Origin: Eledone cirrhosa
Taxonomy: Eukaryota
Direction: 5' to 3'
Length of the DNA stretch: 64,000 nucleotides
Assembly: GCA_964016885.1 (NCBI GenBank)
Contig: OZ024756.1
Coordinates: forward strand, 34,720,001 to 34,784,000
The notes beneath the pieces are model-generated. The model saw only the letters and a program-made list of their open reading frames with translations. It did no database searches and was not told the origin of the DNA. How positions within the stretch are numbered: position 1 is the first letter of the stretch; every line of letters starts with the position of its first letter. A program made the position numbers and the translations under genes. Below, one piece after another: positions 28,908 through 40,657 of the stretch.

Positions 28908-29110
28908 AATTTACAGCTCACACCTAAGTAATTTTAGCTGTCTTCTTATGAGGTTGCATCTCACAGGCAGTTTTTCAGGTGTTTTGATGATAGAGCCCTC
29001 AGTTTTATATTGCTGCAGCTCACACCTATGTGGGTTTAGCTGATCTTCTACAAGGTTGGATCTCATAGGAAGTATCTCTGGTGTTTTGATGATAGGGGCC
29101 CCAGCCCTAT
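28908..29110. repeat. Dispersed element made of ~95-105 bp internal tandem units
   Basis: aaatttacagctcacacct... Related copies at 30330-30416 and 35210-35502 (reverse) and 53497-53592. Confidence 0.65.
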
Positions 29111-29911
29111 CTTAGGTGTGTTGGTATTAAGAGGGGTAAAAGTAGAAATATTTGAAACCTTGATATATTTTATTTGAAGGAATTTACTGAAATAGAGAAG
29201 CCAGAGTGATTTCGTCTGTTGTTTACATCAACATAACCTTTGTCTTTTCTCTTCTCTCTCTCTCTTTTGGCTGTAGTTGGAGTAGGTTTACATATAACTG
29301 ATACAGAATCTTATATTTTGAACTTTAATTTACATACCACCACCATCACATTTTCCTGCACCACCATCTATTAACATCATCATCATCACCTCCATCATTA
29401 GTCTCCCACCATTGTCATTATCACCAGTAACACTACCACCACCACCACCACCACCACCATTATTACTACCAGATGATGGTGGTGATGTCGATGATGAGAA
29501 ATATTGGTAACTCCAAAGTCCAAGTTCTATGAACCAATATCACATTTCTTGTAAATCTTCTTTATTGCACAGCAACACGTAAAGGTCATGTTTAGTGTGT
29601 GTGGGGAGGGTTCTGTGTGTGTGTACTTACATATATATATATTTGTGTGTGTGTATATCATTTTAGGTCTGTTTACAATGCTGGGTTGGGTTGAATATAT
29701 GTATATATATATATAAATAAAACTGTTATTGTTCCAAACAGTCTATTAACCCTCAGCAAACACCCTAAACCGAGCTCGGACCACCCATTCTCCCAAACTT
29801 GTCCTAGCCACCTAATGAGGAAGACAGGCATTATCAAACTGCAGCTGTCATATTACCTAGTTCTATATCATATAACTATAGCAATACACACACACACACA
29901 TATATATATAT

Positions 29912-30224
29912 CATCATCATCATCATCATTTTATGTCCACTTTTCCCTGCTTGCAAGGGTGTGACGGGTCCTGTTCAGGACACCATCTCTCCACTTGTCA
30001 CTGTCCTTCGTCCTCTCCTCCGTGCACTTCAGCGATCTGAGGTCAGCTCTCACCACCTCCGCCCATGTTTTACGTGGTCTTCCTTCTACTGGGATTTTTC
30101 GCACTTCTTTACCCAGTGGTCATCTTCCATGCGCATCACATGCCCATACCATCGCAGTCTTCTCTCCCGCACACTACAACTTATCCCTTTTATACACAGT
30201 TTCTCTCTCAACTCATCTCTGCTT
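29912..30224 (-). mobile_element. 3' end of an RTE-clade LINE (5'-truncated)
   Basis: Translates SRDELREKLCIKGISCSVRERRLRWYGHVMRMEDDHWVKKC, then after a frameshift GRPRKTWAEVVRADL. Ends in an (ATG)n tail. Confidence 0.85.
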
Positions 30225-30632
30225 ATATACACACACAGTGGTTTCGGTGTTGGGATCACTCATAATGTGGATTCGATTCCTGGACAGGATGGCCCATTGT
30301 GTTTTTGAGCAAGATGTTAAATTCATGAGAGGACTGGGGCAACACTATCATTAAAACACCTGAGAAACCTCCTATAGGAAGCCAGCTAAACCTGCACAGG
30401 TGTGAGATAAAATTTCATTTCTCATTTTCAAAATATATAAAACAGTTGATCAGCAGTCAACCTAATAAATATGTGTGTGTGTGTGCACACACACATATAT
30501 ATATATATATACACATATATACTCTTTTACTCTTTTACCTTTTCCAGCCATCCGGCTGAGGCCAAGCTGAGTGAGGTTCCACAGTGTATACATATGTGTG
30601 TGTGAATATATATATATTCACACACATGTATA

Positions 30633-30897
30633 CACTGTGGAACCTCAGTTCACAAACTTAATTTGTTCTTGAAAGCTGTTCATAAACTGAAACTATTTTT
30701 CCCATTTGTTGAGAGAGAAATATAATGAGGGAGAGAGACTGTGTGGGAAAGACTGATAGATATCAATATAGTAACTAACTACACAGTAAGTGATGTTTTC
30801 CCGCCAACACTCCAAGCTTGTTGCCAAATGTTGTTGCTGGCTTGTGTGTTTGTTACTTGAGACACTGTTCGTGTTCATGAACTGAGGTTCCACTGTA
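30633..30897. mobile_element. Tigger/pogo-like MITE
   Basis: TIRs gtggaacctcagttcac / atgaactgaggttccactg with TA flanks. Confidence 0.75.
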
Positions 30898-30899
30898 TG

Positions 30900-30931
<32 letters not shown>

Positions 30932-31009
30932 AGGTAAACAGAAATAACACAATTGGTACAGTATATGGAAGGAATATATTAGTTTAATGCTTGAAATAGC
31001 AGGAAGAGG

Positions 31010-31045
31010 TCTTAATATTTCGGACGCTAGTCCTTCATCAGAAGA
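31010..31045 (-). ncRNA. Minimal type I hammerhead motif, family A (intact core)
   Basis: Minus strand TCTT-CTGATGA-A-GGAC tagc GTCC-GAAAT-ATT-AAGA. Helix I TCTT/AAGA; palindromic helix III AATATT. Confidence 0.75.
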
Positions 31046-31929
31046 AAGAATGAGAAATTAGATAGATTGAAGGGACGGGCATCTTTTCGTATCACTGATA
31101 TTTTCTTTGCTTCTTGCATTATTTATATATATATATATACATACACACACACACCACCATCTTCATCATCATCATCATAGGTCTGTTTTCCCAGCTAGTA
31201 AGGGTTAGGTGGGTCATCACAGACCAAGTAAATTCGCAAGTGGAGCTACTGACTGCTTACTTATATTCCCGAACTCTATCAGATTCTCAGGTGGGCCGGA
31301 GGCGTGCATTACTCTTTGACACAGCTCAAGAGTCCTCCCAACCGTACGTTTTGCAGATTTTATACTGCTGGATGCCCTTCTTATCCCCAACCACTTTACA
31401 GTGTACTGGCTGCATTTTTCATGTAGGACACCAACACTAGTGGGGTTGTCATGTCTGACACTACATACTTTATATATATATATATATAGATACATACACA
31501 CCCTTGCGAGTAGGGAAAGCAGATGTTAAAACGACAACAATGGTGATGATGATGATACACATACATACATAATGAAGGAACGCAACAAGTGGAGGCAAGT
31601 TATACTGGAGAAGACCTGTTCAACCCATGTAAACATGTAAATGAAGGCATAAAATGATGACGACGATGATGATGATATAGTATACACACCCTTATAAAAT
31701 TTAAAGGGTTTTTTTTTCTATAGTTGTTATTGCTGTTCCAGTTAAGCAACCCAGTTTCAGTCCCCAGTGGAAACTGCTCTATACTATGTTACAGAGCTGA
31801 TACCTCTGGGGAAACTGAAAAAATAAAATATAAAAATATTTCAGCTTTTTACATTTTTTTTTCTTTCTTAAAATATATATTTGTTGTCTGGGCTCTTTAT
31901 TTTTTTTTATTTTTTAAATAATAGGCACT

Positions 31930-32092
31930 GCAGACATGGCTGTGGGGTCGGTTAAGGAGTTAGCTTCCTAACCATGTGGTTCTGGGCTCAGTCACACTGC
32001 ATGGCATTTGGACAAGTGTCTTCTACTATAGATTTGGGTTGACCAATGCTTTGTAAGTGGAATTTGACAGAAAGAAACTGTACAGAAGTCTG
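31930..32092 (+). mobile_element. Second tRNA-derived SINE family (caagtgtcttctactatag core)
   Basis: Degenerate A and B boxes. Reverse copies near 26670-26770, 39530-39670, 52970-53120 and 60280-60420. Confidence 0.6.
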
Positions 32093-32224
32093 TCATATAT
32101 CATCATCAGTTTTATGTCGATTTTCCACACTAGCATGGGTTAGACGAGTTGTCCTGTTGTGGGCAATGCTAGGTCAGGTGACCATGTCTTGCTCATACAG
32201 AACTGATTTTGGCTTGGTTTCTTG

Positions 32225-32255
<31 letters not shown>

Positions 32256-32586
32256 CACGTGTGTGTCCATGTCTGTGTTTACATTTTTGTTTATATCCCA
32301 TCCCATAACCTAGCAATTTGACATGTATTTATATAAATATATATTACTCTACTATGTGTTCCAGCCAACAGGCTGAGGCCATTATAGGTTACCACCATAT
32401 ATGTATCATTGCGGTGACAAGTATCATTTGGAGAAGAAATATTGGTTTCCTTTTGTTCTTTAATGAAACACCAATTTAAATATATGTGTCTCTGTGTATG
32501 TCTTCATAATGACACTAATTAAAGCAAGTAGTGGTGTATATTTGCAGTATAGTAGTTTCACAAACATTGGCTGTATATATATATAT

Positions 32587-32870
32587 CATCATCATCATCA
32601 TTTAACGTCCATCTTCCACGCTTGCATGGGTTTGGATGGGAATTTTCCCACTTGAGGCAAGATTGGTTGTCTGGCGGGTTTTCTACGGCTGGATGCCCTT
32701 CCTAACACCAACCACGTTTACAGTGTGGACTGGGAGGTTTTTACCGTGTTACCTACACGGCCACATTACAGCGTGGACTGTATTTTTTTGTCTCGACCTC
32801 ATTTGTTTCGGACTGGATGTTGTGGTACCAACATAACTTTACATTGAAAGGGGTGTGGGTAGGGTGGGGG
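32587..32870 (-). mobile_element. Non-autonomous RTE-tailed repeat
   Basis: Close copy at 56997-57350. Has an (ATG)n tail and a ggatgcccttcctaacaccaacc module. Confidence 0.7.
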
Positions 32871-33674
32871 TAGTGGGACGAGGGTGTGTTTTTGTTAGAG
32901 GTGCCTACTTGACTGTAGGTTTCGCTTTGTACTTAGTCAAGGCGGGTCTTCTGTATTACTGTGTAGCGCCAAAGATCTCGGTCCAGTGACATATATATAT
33001 ATATATATACACACACACTATGCCATACTTAAAAATAAAGTGTGGTTTGGTATCAGGAAAGGCATCTGGCCTTAGAGAAACTGCCTCAGAAGGTGCCATC
33101 CTACCCATGCCACCATGGAAACGTAGATGTAAAGAACGATGCTGATGCTTCTCTTGTATTCTTTTACTTGACCTTGGCCATTCTGGAGTGCTGTACTTAC
33201 TTTATCCATGTCTGTTTTTCTTTGTTCTAGGGTTGATAAATTATAGTACCTGTAACACATACAATTGTGGTTGATTGAGGTGGGTTGAGATGATTGACTT
33301 CTCCCAAGATTTCTGGCCTTGTCCTTAAATTAGAAACCATTATTATTTTTTTTTTATTTACTTAAAAACATATAGTTACTTTGGGCGTGTCTTAAAAAAA
33401 ACAAAAAAAAACGTAAATAAAAAAAATTATATATATATATAACAAGAAGTAGATGAATGATATGAAAGCTGTGATGTCATTTATAATTTGGTAAGCCCCC
33501 CCCCCCTATCATGACACCCCCCTACTCGAAAAAAAGGGAGAAACTTTCGTAGATAACATATTTCAGTTATTACCCCTCTTTTTTGTTATTTTATTTTGTT
33601 CCCTCTCAAATACTTAAAACACATGGGGAGCCCTACATACCTACCTACTAGTCTACCTCCCTACCTATACATAT

Positions 33675-33729
<55 letters not shown>

Positions 33730-33841
33730 ATTACATGTTTTCTTCCCTCCTTTTTTTTTTCCTGTTTAACTACTATTTTTCCTCTTGTCTGTCTTCCATT
33801 TTCTTTTCTCTCCAAAACATCTCTTTCTCTGACTGTATCTA

Positions 33842-33877
33842 CTTTCCAACAAAGGACTAGTCTCCGAAACGTTAAGA
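33842..33877 (+). ncRNA. Degenerate family A hammerhead motif
   Basis: CCAACAA-A-GGAC tagt CTCC-GAAAC-GTT-AAGA. The left core is mutated; the right half matches consensus. Confidence 0.5.
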
Positions 33878-34374
33878 TCCTTTTCTATCTTCTAAAAAGC
33901 ATTATATTAATATATCATTGTATTATGTTTGTTAGTTTTTTTTCCGTATTTTTCCATATGTAGATACATACATCTCCCTCCTTGTAGACAGAAATAGGTT
34001 TACACTCATTCATATATACACATACATACATACATACATACATACCTACACACCTACACACCTACATACACACCTACCTGTCTGCCTAAGAGTAATATGG
34101 GAAGTTTCTTACTAATGATGGGGACACTGGATAATAACGATAATAATAATAACAATAATGATGATAATAACAATAACAACAACAATAATAATAATGGAAT
34201 TGGTAGAAACAAAGGTGATTATTTGATTATCTTTGAAATTTGTGATGTGTGATGGTGGTGTGGTGTGGGAGGCAGAGTAGTTGTAGGAGTGGAGGGGATG
34301 GAGGTAGCGGTGGAGGTGTTTGAAGATCATTAAGAATGATGTCATCATGTCTGCCTTTCTTCCTCATTACCCCC

Positions 34375-34412
<38 letters not shown>

Positions 34413-36563
34413 GGGGGGGGGGGGAACTTGTGAGATGCTGCCAGAATGGAGGAGTGGGATGGTGTGTGTGTGTGTGCGTGTATTTGTCTGCATCTATGAA
34501 AGTGTATGGGAAGTATGTTGTTTGTGTGTGTGTGTGTGTGAGCGGCTGTCTGTGTATCTATGAGTGTGTATGTAAGGAAGGGTATTATGTGTGTATGCGT
34601 GAGGGTGTGTAAACGTATTTCCAGGCCTAGTTTTAAACACACCCCTCCAACTCCCATTTGAAACCACCCCTTCCCCCAGACTCCCATGTCTCCCCACCCT
34701 AATTCCCATATGAAATTCCTTCCCCCACCACACACACACGAAAATACTCCCCACCCCATCTCATATGAAACTTACCCCTCTCCCTTGATTCCCATACAAC
34801 CATGCCCCACCAACTTCCATATGGAACTACCCCCCTAACCTGAACTCTCATACAACCTTACATATGAATCCCCCTCCCCAGTTGTCAAGAGGTGTGTAGT
34901 TTGGGAGGGGTAAGGAGCTGTGGTCGCTAGTATTGATCTTTTTAAAGTTTGTTTTGTGTGCTGTTTGGTGAGAACCCACTGGAATATAATGTCTAAGGAA
35001 CCAAAAACTGCCATTTCATTGTTGGACATCGTATAACATGGCTAAATCTATCTTGGACGACAACATCAACATGTATAACATGGTTATGACTATGTTGGAC
35101 AGCAACAACCTGATTCTATAACAACAAACAGTGTGGTTTTGATTCTCAGACCAGGTGGCAAGTTGTGTTTCTGAGCAAGAAGCTTAATTTCACGTTGCTT
35201 TTCCTGATAGGATTGGGGACCCCTGCCATTAAGGCTCCCTAGAAATCTATGAGATCGAACCTTATAAGAGGTCAACTAAAGCTAGGAAGGTGTGAGCTGT
35301 AACAACATGATATGACTGGAGTCCCCTGTCATTAACATACTCAAGAAACCTCCTTTGAGATGAAACCTTGTAGGAGGCCAGCTAAAACCTACATAGGTGT
35401 GAGCTATAACAACAGCATGATATGACTGGGGACCTCTGTCGTTAAAACACAAGAAATTTCCTGAGATACAGCCTTGTTTACATAGGTGTGAGCTGTAAAT
35501 TTAATTTAATTTTTTTCATACCTGCCCTTGCCTTTCACTTTCTACATTACGAAAAAAAAAGTGTTTTAATTTGTATCTTTTCTTTTCTTTTCTTTTCTTT
35601 TCTTTTCTTTTCTTTTCCTTCTTTGTCTGTCTGTTGGCTGTCTGTTAGGAATGGTGTGGCAGAAGAAAGAGAAATATGGGTGTGAGTGAGTGAAAGAGAA
35701 AAGAAAATGTGTGTATGAGAGGGACTCTCCTTCATATGTATTTATTTCCTATATGATAAAATACCTGAGTGATTAGATGGTATCTAATTTGACTTGTTTC
35801 ATCCTAGATTTCATTCCTAAAATCTTTTCATTCTTCTCTTTCCTTTTACTTAGCAGTAGTTTCAAATTCTCTTTTTTACTCTAAAACTTAAATGTTAACA
35901 CTTTTGGCATCAACCCACCTAAAACCAACCCCTAGTCCTACAATACAAAGCTGTTTATTTTAAAGTGTTTATATTTATCAAAAAATCTATCAGGGTTAAT
36001 TTAATATGATACAAAATTATTTCTTTTAAAGTGATTTTTGTTTATCTAAAACCTTTCATCATACTTTTATGTTCTAAATTTACTTTATTTAATCCCTCCA
36101 AATTTTTTATTATTTTCAAAATTAATTGAAAATTAAAAGAAATATGGTAACGGAAGGGTTAATTGCAACATACTTGGTTAGTTTATTATTAAATTCCTGC
36201 AAATCCCTGATTATTTTCAAAGAAACACATGGCCAGACAGAGTATTTCATTAGAAATTTAGTAGGAAAAGGGTTAACCTAGATATTTCTTGAGTGGGGAT
36301 ATCCGAAATAGTTGTTGGCTTTTGATACATAACCACACATGTCACACACACACACGCAGACATGCACACACATCACACATACAAACACGCACACACCTTA
36401 GACACACAAACACGAACAGAAACCATAGAATCTTGGAAACAGTTAATCTATAGGAATTGACTGTTTTTAATTAGAGAGTCATTAATGCTGGAAACTGTTA
36501 ATTAGAGGTCTTAGTTCTCTTTCTCCTTCCAGTTATGATCTGATGACTTCTGAGGTTTTCTCT

Positions 36564-36778
36564 TTAACCCTTTAATGTTCAAACCGGCCAAAACTGGCCA
36601 GAATTTTCTACCTCTTTCTGTTGAAACTGGCTGTAACTGGTTGCTCAAACTGATGTTAAGGTATTGTTCTCAAAATAAATACTTTCAAAATCTCATAGAT
36701 TCGATATTATGTGAGGTAAAGCCTTTACCATGAAAATACAATAGTATATATAGAGTAATGTAAATGCTAAAGGGTTAA
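36564..36778. mobile_element. piggyBac-like MITE with TTAA target duplications
   Basis: TTAA-CCCTTTAatgtt ... aatgcTAAAGGG-TTAA. Second copy inverted at about 38083-38291. Many other ttaacccttt/aaagggttaa ends occur across the window. Confidence 0.75.
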
Positions 36779-36853
36779 TGTGGTGTGTGCATTGGTTTTG
36801 GTTTTGGTAAATATAATAGTATATATAAAATAATGTGAATGAGGGTTAAGGTG

Positions 36854-36893
<40 letters not shown>

Positions 36894-37050
36894 ATTAGAT
36901 GTATATGTGTATGTCACAGATGTATATGTGTATGTCACAGATGTATATGTGTATGTCACAGATGTATATGTTTGTATGCCATAGATATACATGTCTATAT
37001 CACACAAATGTATATGTCTATATATGTCACATATCTAGATGTCTGTCTAT

Positions 37051-37603
37051 ATGTTACATGGTCAGGTGACTATATGTCTGTTACATGGTCTGGTGACTAT
37101 ATGTCTGTTACATGGTCTGGTGACTATATGTCTGTTACATGGTCTGGTGACTATATGTCTGTTACATGGTCAGGTGACTATATGTCTGTTACATGGTCTG
37201 GTGACTATGTCTGTTACATGGTCTGGTGACTATATGTCTGTTACATGGTCAGGTGACTATATGTCTGTTACATGGTCTGGTGACTATATGTCTGTTACAT
37301 GGTCTGGTGACTATATGTCTGTTACATGGTCTGGTGACTATATGTCTGTTACATGGTCTGGTGACTATATGTCTGTTACATGGTCAGGTGACTATATGTC
37401 TGTTACATGGTCTGGTGACTATATGTCTGTTACATGGTCTGGTGACTATATGTCTGTTACATGGTCTGGTGACTATATGTCTGTTACATGGTCTGGTGAC
37501 TATATGTCTGTTACATGGTCTGGTGACTATATGTCTGTTACATGGCCAGGTGACTATATGTCTGTTACATGGTCAGGTGACTATATGTCTGTTACATGAC
37601 CAG
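37051..37603. repeat. Homogeneous 27-bp minisatellite (tgactatatgtctgttacatggtc[t/a]gg), about 20 copies
   Basis: Near-perfect tandem units; explains the MSVTWSGDY and ICLLHGLVT ORFs. Confidence 0.95.
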
Positions 37604-38457
37604 GTGTATATGTGTTTATACATCCTAGATGTATATATCTATATCTCGTAGTTGTGTGTTAGTATGTCTGAGATAAGTGTCTATATGATAGTCAAGTTGG
37701 TATGACTGTAGCGACAATGCTCTCAACAGAATTGTTTTAGGTTTATGGCTGTTTAATCAGAGAGAAGAGCTGTACCCATAACCCCTTCAGGGACTGTCTG
37801 AGATTGGTGGGAGCGAGAGGGGAAGCTATCCTCAAACCTGTCTGACCCTACCCAAATTATTGCAACAGAGTGAACTTTGCTAAATGCGACCAAGGGTCAG
37901 GAGGTTGTGGTGTTAAAACTGGGTGCTGGATTAAGATTACCACCCAAGTAGGACACAGCAGGATTTGCACACACAAAAATCAGAACAAATATCACATATG
38001 TCACTATAACACTGTGTTGGCCACCAAATACAGTTGAGACATATAGGTAAGCTCTCCTCTCCTCCTTGGTAGTAACATAACACTAACCGTTTAGCAGTTA
38101 CATTATTCTATATTTACTATTGTATTTTCACAGTAAAGGCTTTATTTTACATAATTATCTATGTAATATCAAATCTATGAGATTCTGATGCCACTTATTT
38201 TGAGAACAATACCTTAATATAGGTATGAGCAGCCAGTTACGGCTGGTTTGAACAGAGAGAATTCTGGCCGTTTTAAATGCTAGAGGGTTAAGCCAGTTCT
38301 CATTTTCAAAGCATTCCTATTTAAGATTTCTAACAAAGTTTTAGATAAGAACCATTATGTTAAGTTACTATCTTAGTAATGAAATAATTAATAATTTTAG
38401 TAAATCCTTCAAAATGTTTAATTAATTGAAATAGTGTATTTTTATGAGCAAATCTAA

Positions 38458-38635
38458 CTGGCAGGAGACCCAGGAGTAGACCCTGAGCAAGATGGTTGGA
38501 TAACTTCCATGAGCTCAGTTGGTCCAGCTTGGGTATCCAGCCGGATCAAATGGAGACAGTTGCTGCTGGAAGGTGTACCCAAGGACCCTGCCCCCTCAAC
38601 CCTCCCAGGAATTAGTGGGTGACGAAGAAGTAATT
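38458..38635 (+). mobile_element. 3' end of a second RTE-clade (Expander/Rex3-like) LINE
   Basis: Translates RPRSRP*ARWLDNFHELSWSSLGIQPDQMETVAAGR, like the RTE C-terminal RPRGRPRTRW.D....LAW..LGI.P..L..VA. Confidence 0.7.
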
Positions 38636-39062
38636 CATTAGAAATATAGTCACTAAAGACAACGGATGAGGTGTATCACTTGAATAGGCTCTTGTGGGTA
38701 TTAAAGGGAAAATACTTTATTTTATCAACCTCGAAAGGATAAAAGGCAAAGTTGATTTTGGTGGGATTTTTAATTTTTTACATTCTAAGTTCAAATCCTG
38801 CCGAAGTTGATAAAATAAAGTACTTTCCCCCGAAATAATTGTTGGCCCTGTGCCAGAATTAGAAATAATTATTATCATTGATATACATAGGTGATTTCTT
38901 GGTGCTGAGAATATAGATATATATATGTATAAAGGATGATGTACTCATGCAGAGATGCTCTAAAATAGGGCACATGAATACATCTTTATACTTATTACCA
39001 TTGATATTGATATATCATTGTTATTCATCATTTTATATCTGCTTTGCCATGTTGGTGTATGA

Positions 39063-39110
<48 letters not shown>

Positions 39111-39333
39111 ACACACATATATAAATATCATTCTCATCATTTAACATCCATTTTTCCATGCTAACATGTGTTAGACAGGTTGTCCCGTTTGAGACAAGTT
39201 GGGTCAGATGACCGTGTCTTGCTCACACAGAACTGTTTCTGGTTTGGTTTCTACAGGTGGATGCCCTTCATTTACAGTTTGTGCTGGGTGCCACTTCCAC
39301 CACTCCCCCTCGGAACTCTTTTCTTGCCCACTT

Positions 39334-39367
39334 TTCTCCTGATGAAGGGCTTATGCCTGAAACGTCG
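39334..39367 (+). ncRNA. Hammerhead motif with intact core but lost helix I
   Basis: CTGATGA-A-GGGC ttat GCCT-GAAAC-GTC, with a zero-loop ACGT helix III. Confidence 0.6.
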
Positions 39368-39445
39368 TCTCCCACCCCCACTCTCAAGTGTGAACCTAAT
39401 ACTAACACTTTGTACTGCCCTCTTCGCTTTGTTTTTGTTTTAACT

Positions 39446-39490
<45 letters not shown>

Positions 39491-40579
39491 GTGGTTACAC
39501 AACAGTTAGTTCACCAAACCGAGAACAATTGTTTCACCTTAGCGGATCCAAATTTCACTCAGAAGACATTGGGGGTCAACCTGAGGCTATAGTAGACCAT
39601 TAGCCAAGGTACTGCTCAGTGGGGCCGAACCCAAACCATGTGGTTGCGAAGTGGACTCCTTAACCAACCATGGAGGGATTTGCTAATAGAAGTAACTTTC
39701 TCTTAAGTTGGTGTTTGGAACATAAGAAAGGTTCTTACATAAAATTATGATGGAAGGTTTGTAGGAAAATATAAATACTTTAAAATATCACTGTCATAGA
39801 ACCAGAGGGTGAATTCAGGTGATTTGATATTGGAAGGGTTAAAATGTTACTTAATACTATGTGGTCATTCAACTCTACAGCCATTTGACTACAGCTATAC
39901 CTTAATAGTTATATATACCTATATATAGTTATATAGATTGAAAAAAAAAAAAAAAAAAAAAAAAAAAGCACATGACTGAGAACAGGTTGTTGGTGTCCTC
40001 TCCATGACATTTTTCATTTGATCTCTTTACTAGCTATATAATTTGAGGTTGCTTTTGACAACATGATATAGTTGGATGTCCTTTAAGATTTGGACATCAC
40101 AGTCGGCTAGAAAGTGTACAGGATGCTTCATTTACATGGCCAGACATCGGATTCCTGTTTATATAGTAGCATATAAGATGGTTGGGTAGGTTTCTGTCAT
40201 CTGACAAAGCCAATGTCTATGAAGGTGGTTACTAACAAACTATCACCATCTTGCTTTAAATCAAAATTTGATATAAGTCAATTCTAGGTTTGATATGATC
40301 GACTAAATCTCTTTAAATCAGTGCTCCATTAATGCCACAGTCTAGTGACTGAAACTAGTAAATGAGGACCAAAAGTTGGTTGATTCTGTAAAGTTCATTC
40401 ATAGTAATCAGCAATGCTACTCAGACATCTATTGGTATTTCTCCCAAGAACATAACTAATTCCCCAATGGTTTTAATTTGTCTAGACTATCTGATGTCAA
40501 TTTGATAAGTAGTTATCAACTGTTGAGGATACACTGTTGTTATGGATACATGTTGTCATAGGTAGATGTTGTCATATGT

Positions 40580-40657
<78 letters not shown>

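Noticed and set aside
36540-36562. CTGATGA followed by a short stem
   Set aside because: No GAAA or helix III; probably chance. The same applies near 3592, 6970 and 58872.
36972-37651. Repeat-protein ORFs or a CRISPR-like array
   Set aside because: A head-to-tail 27-bp minisatellite with no spacers; eukaryotic context and no cas genes.
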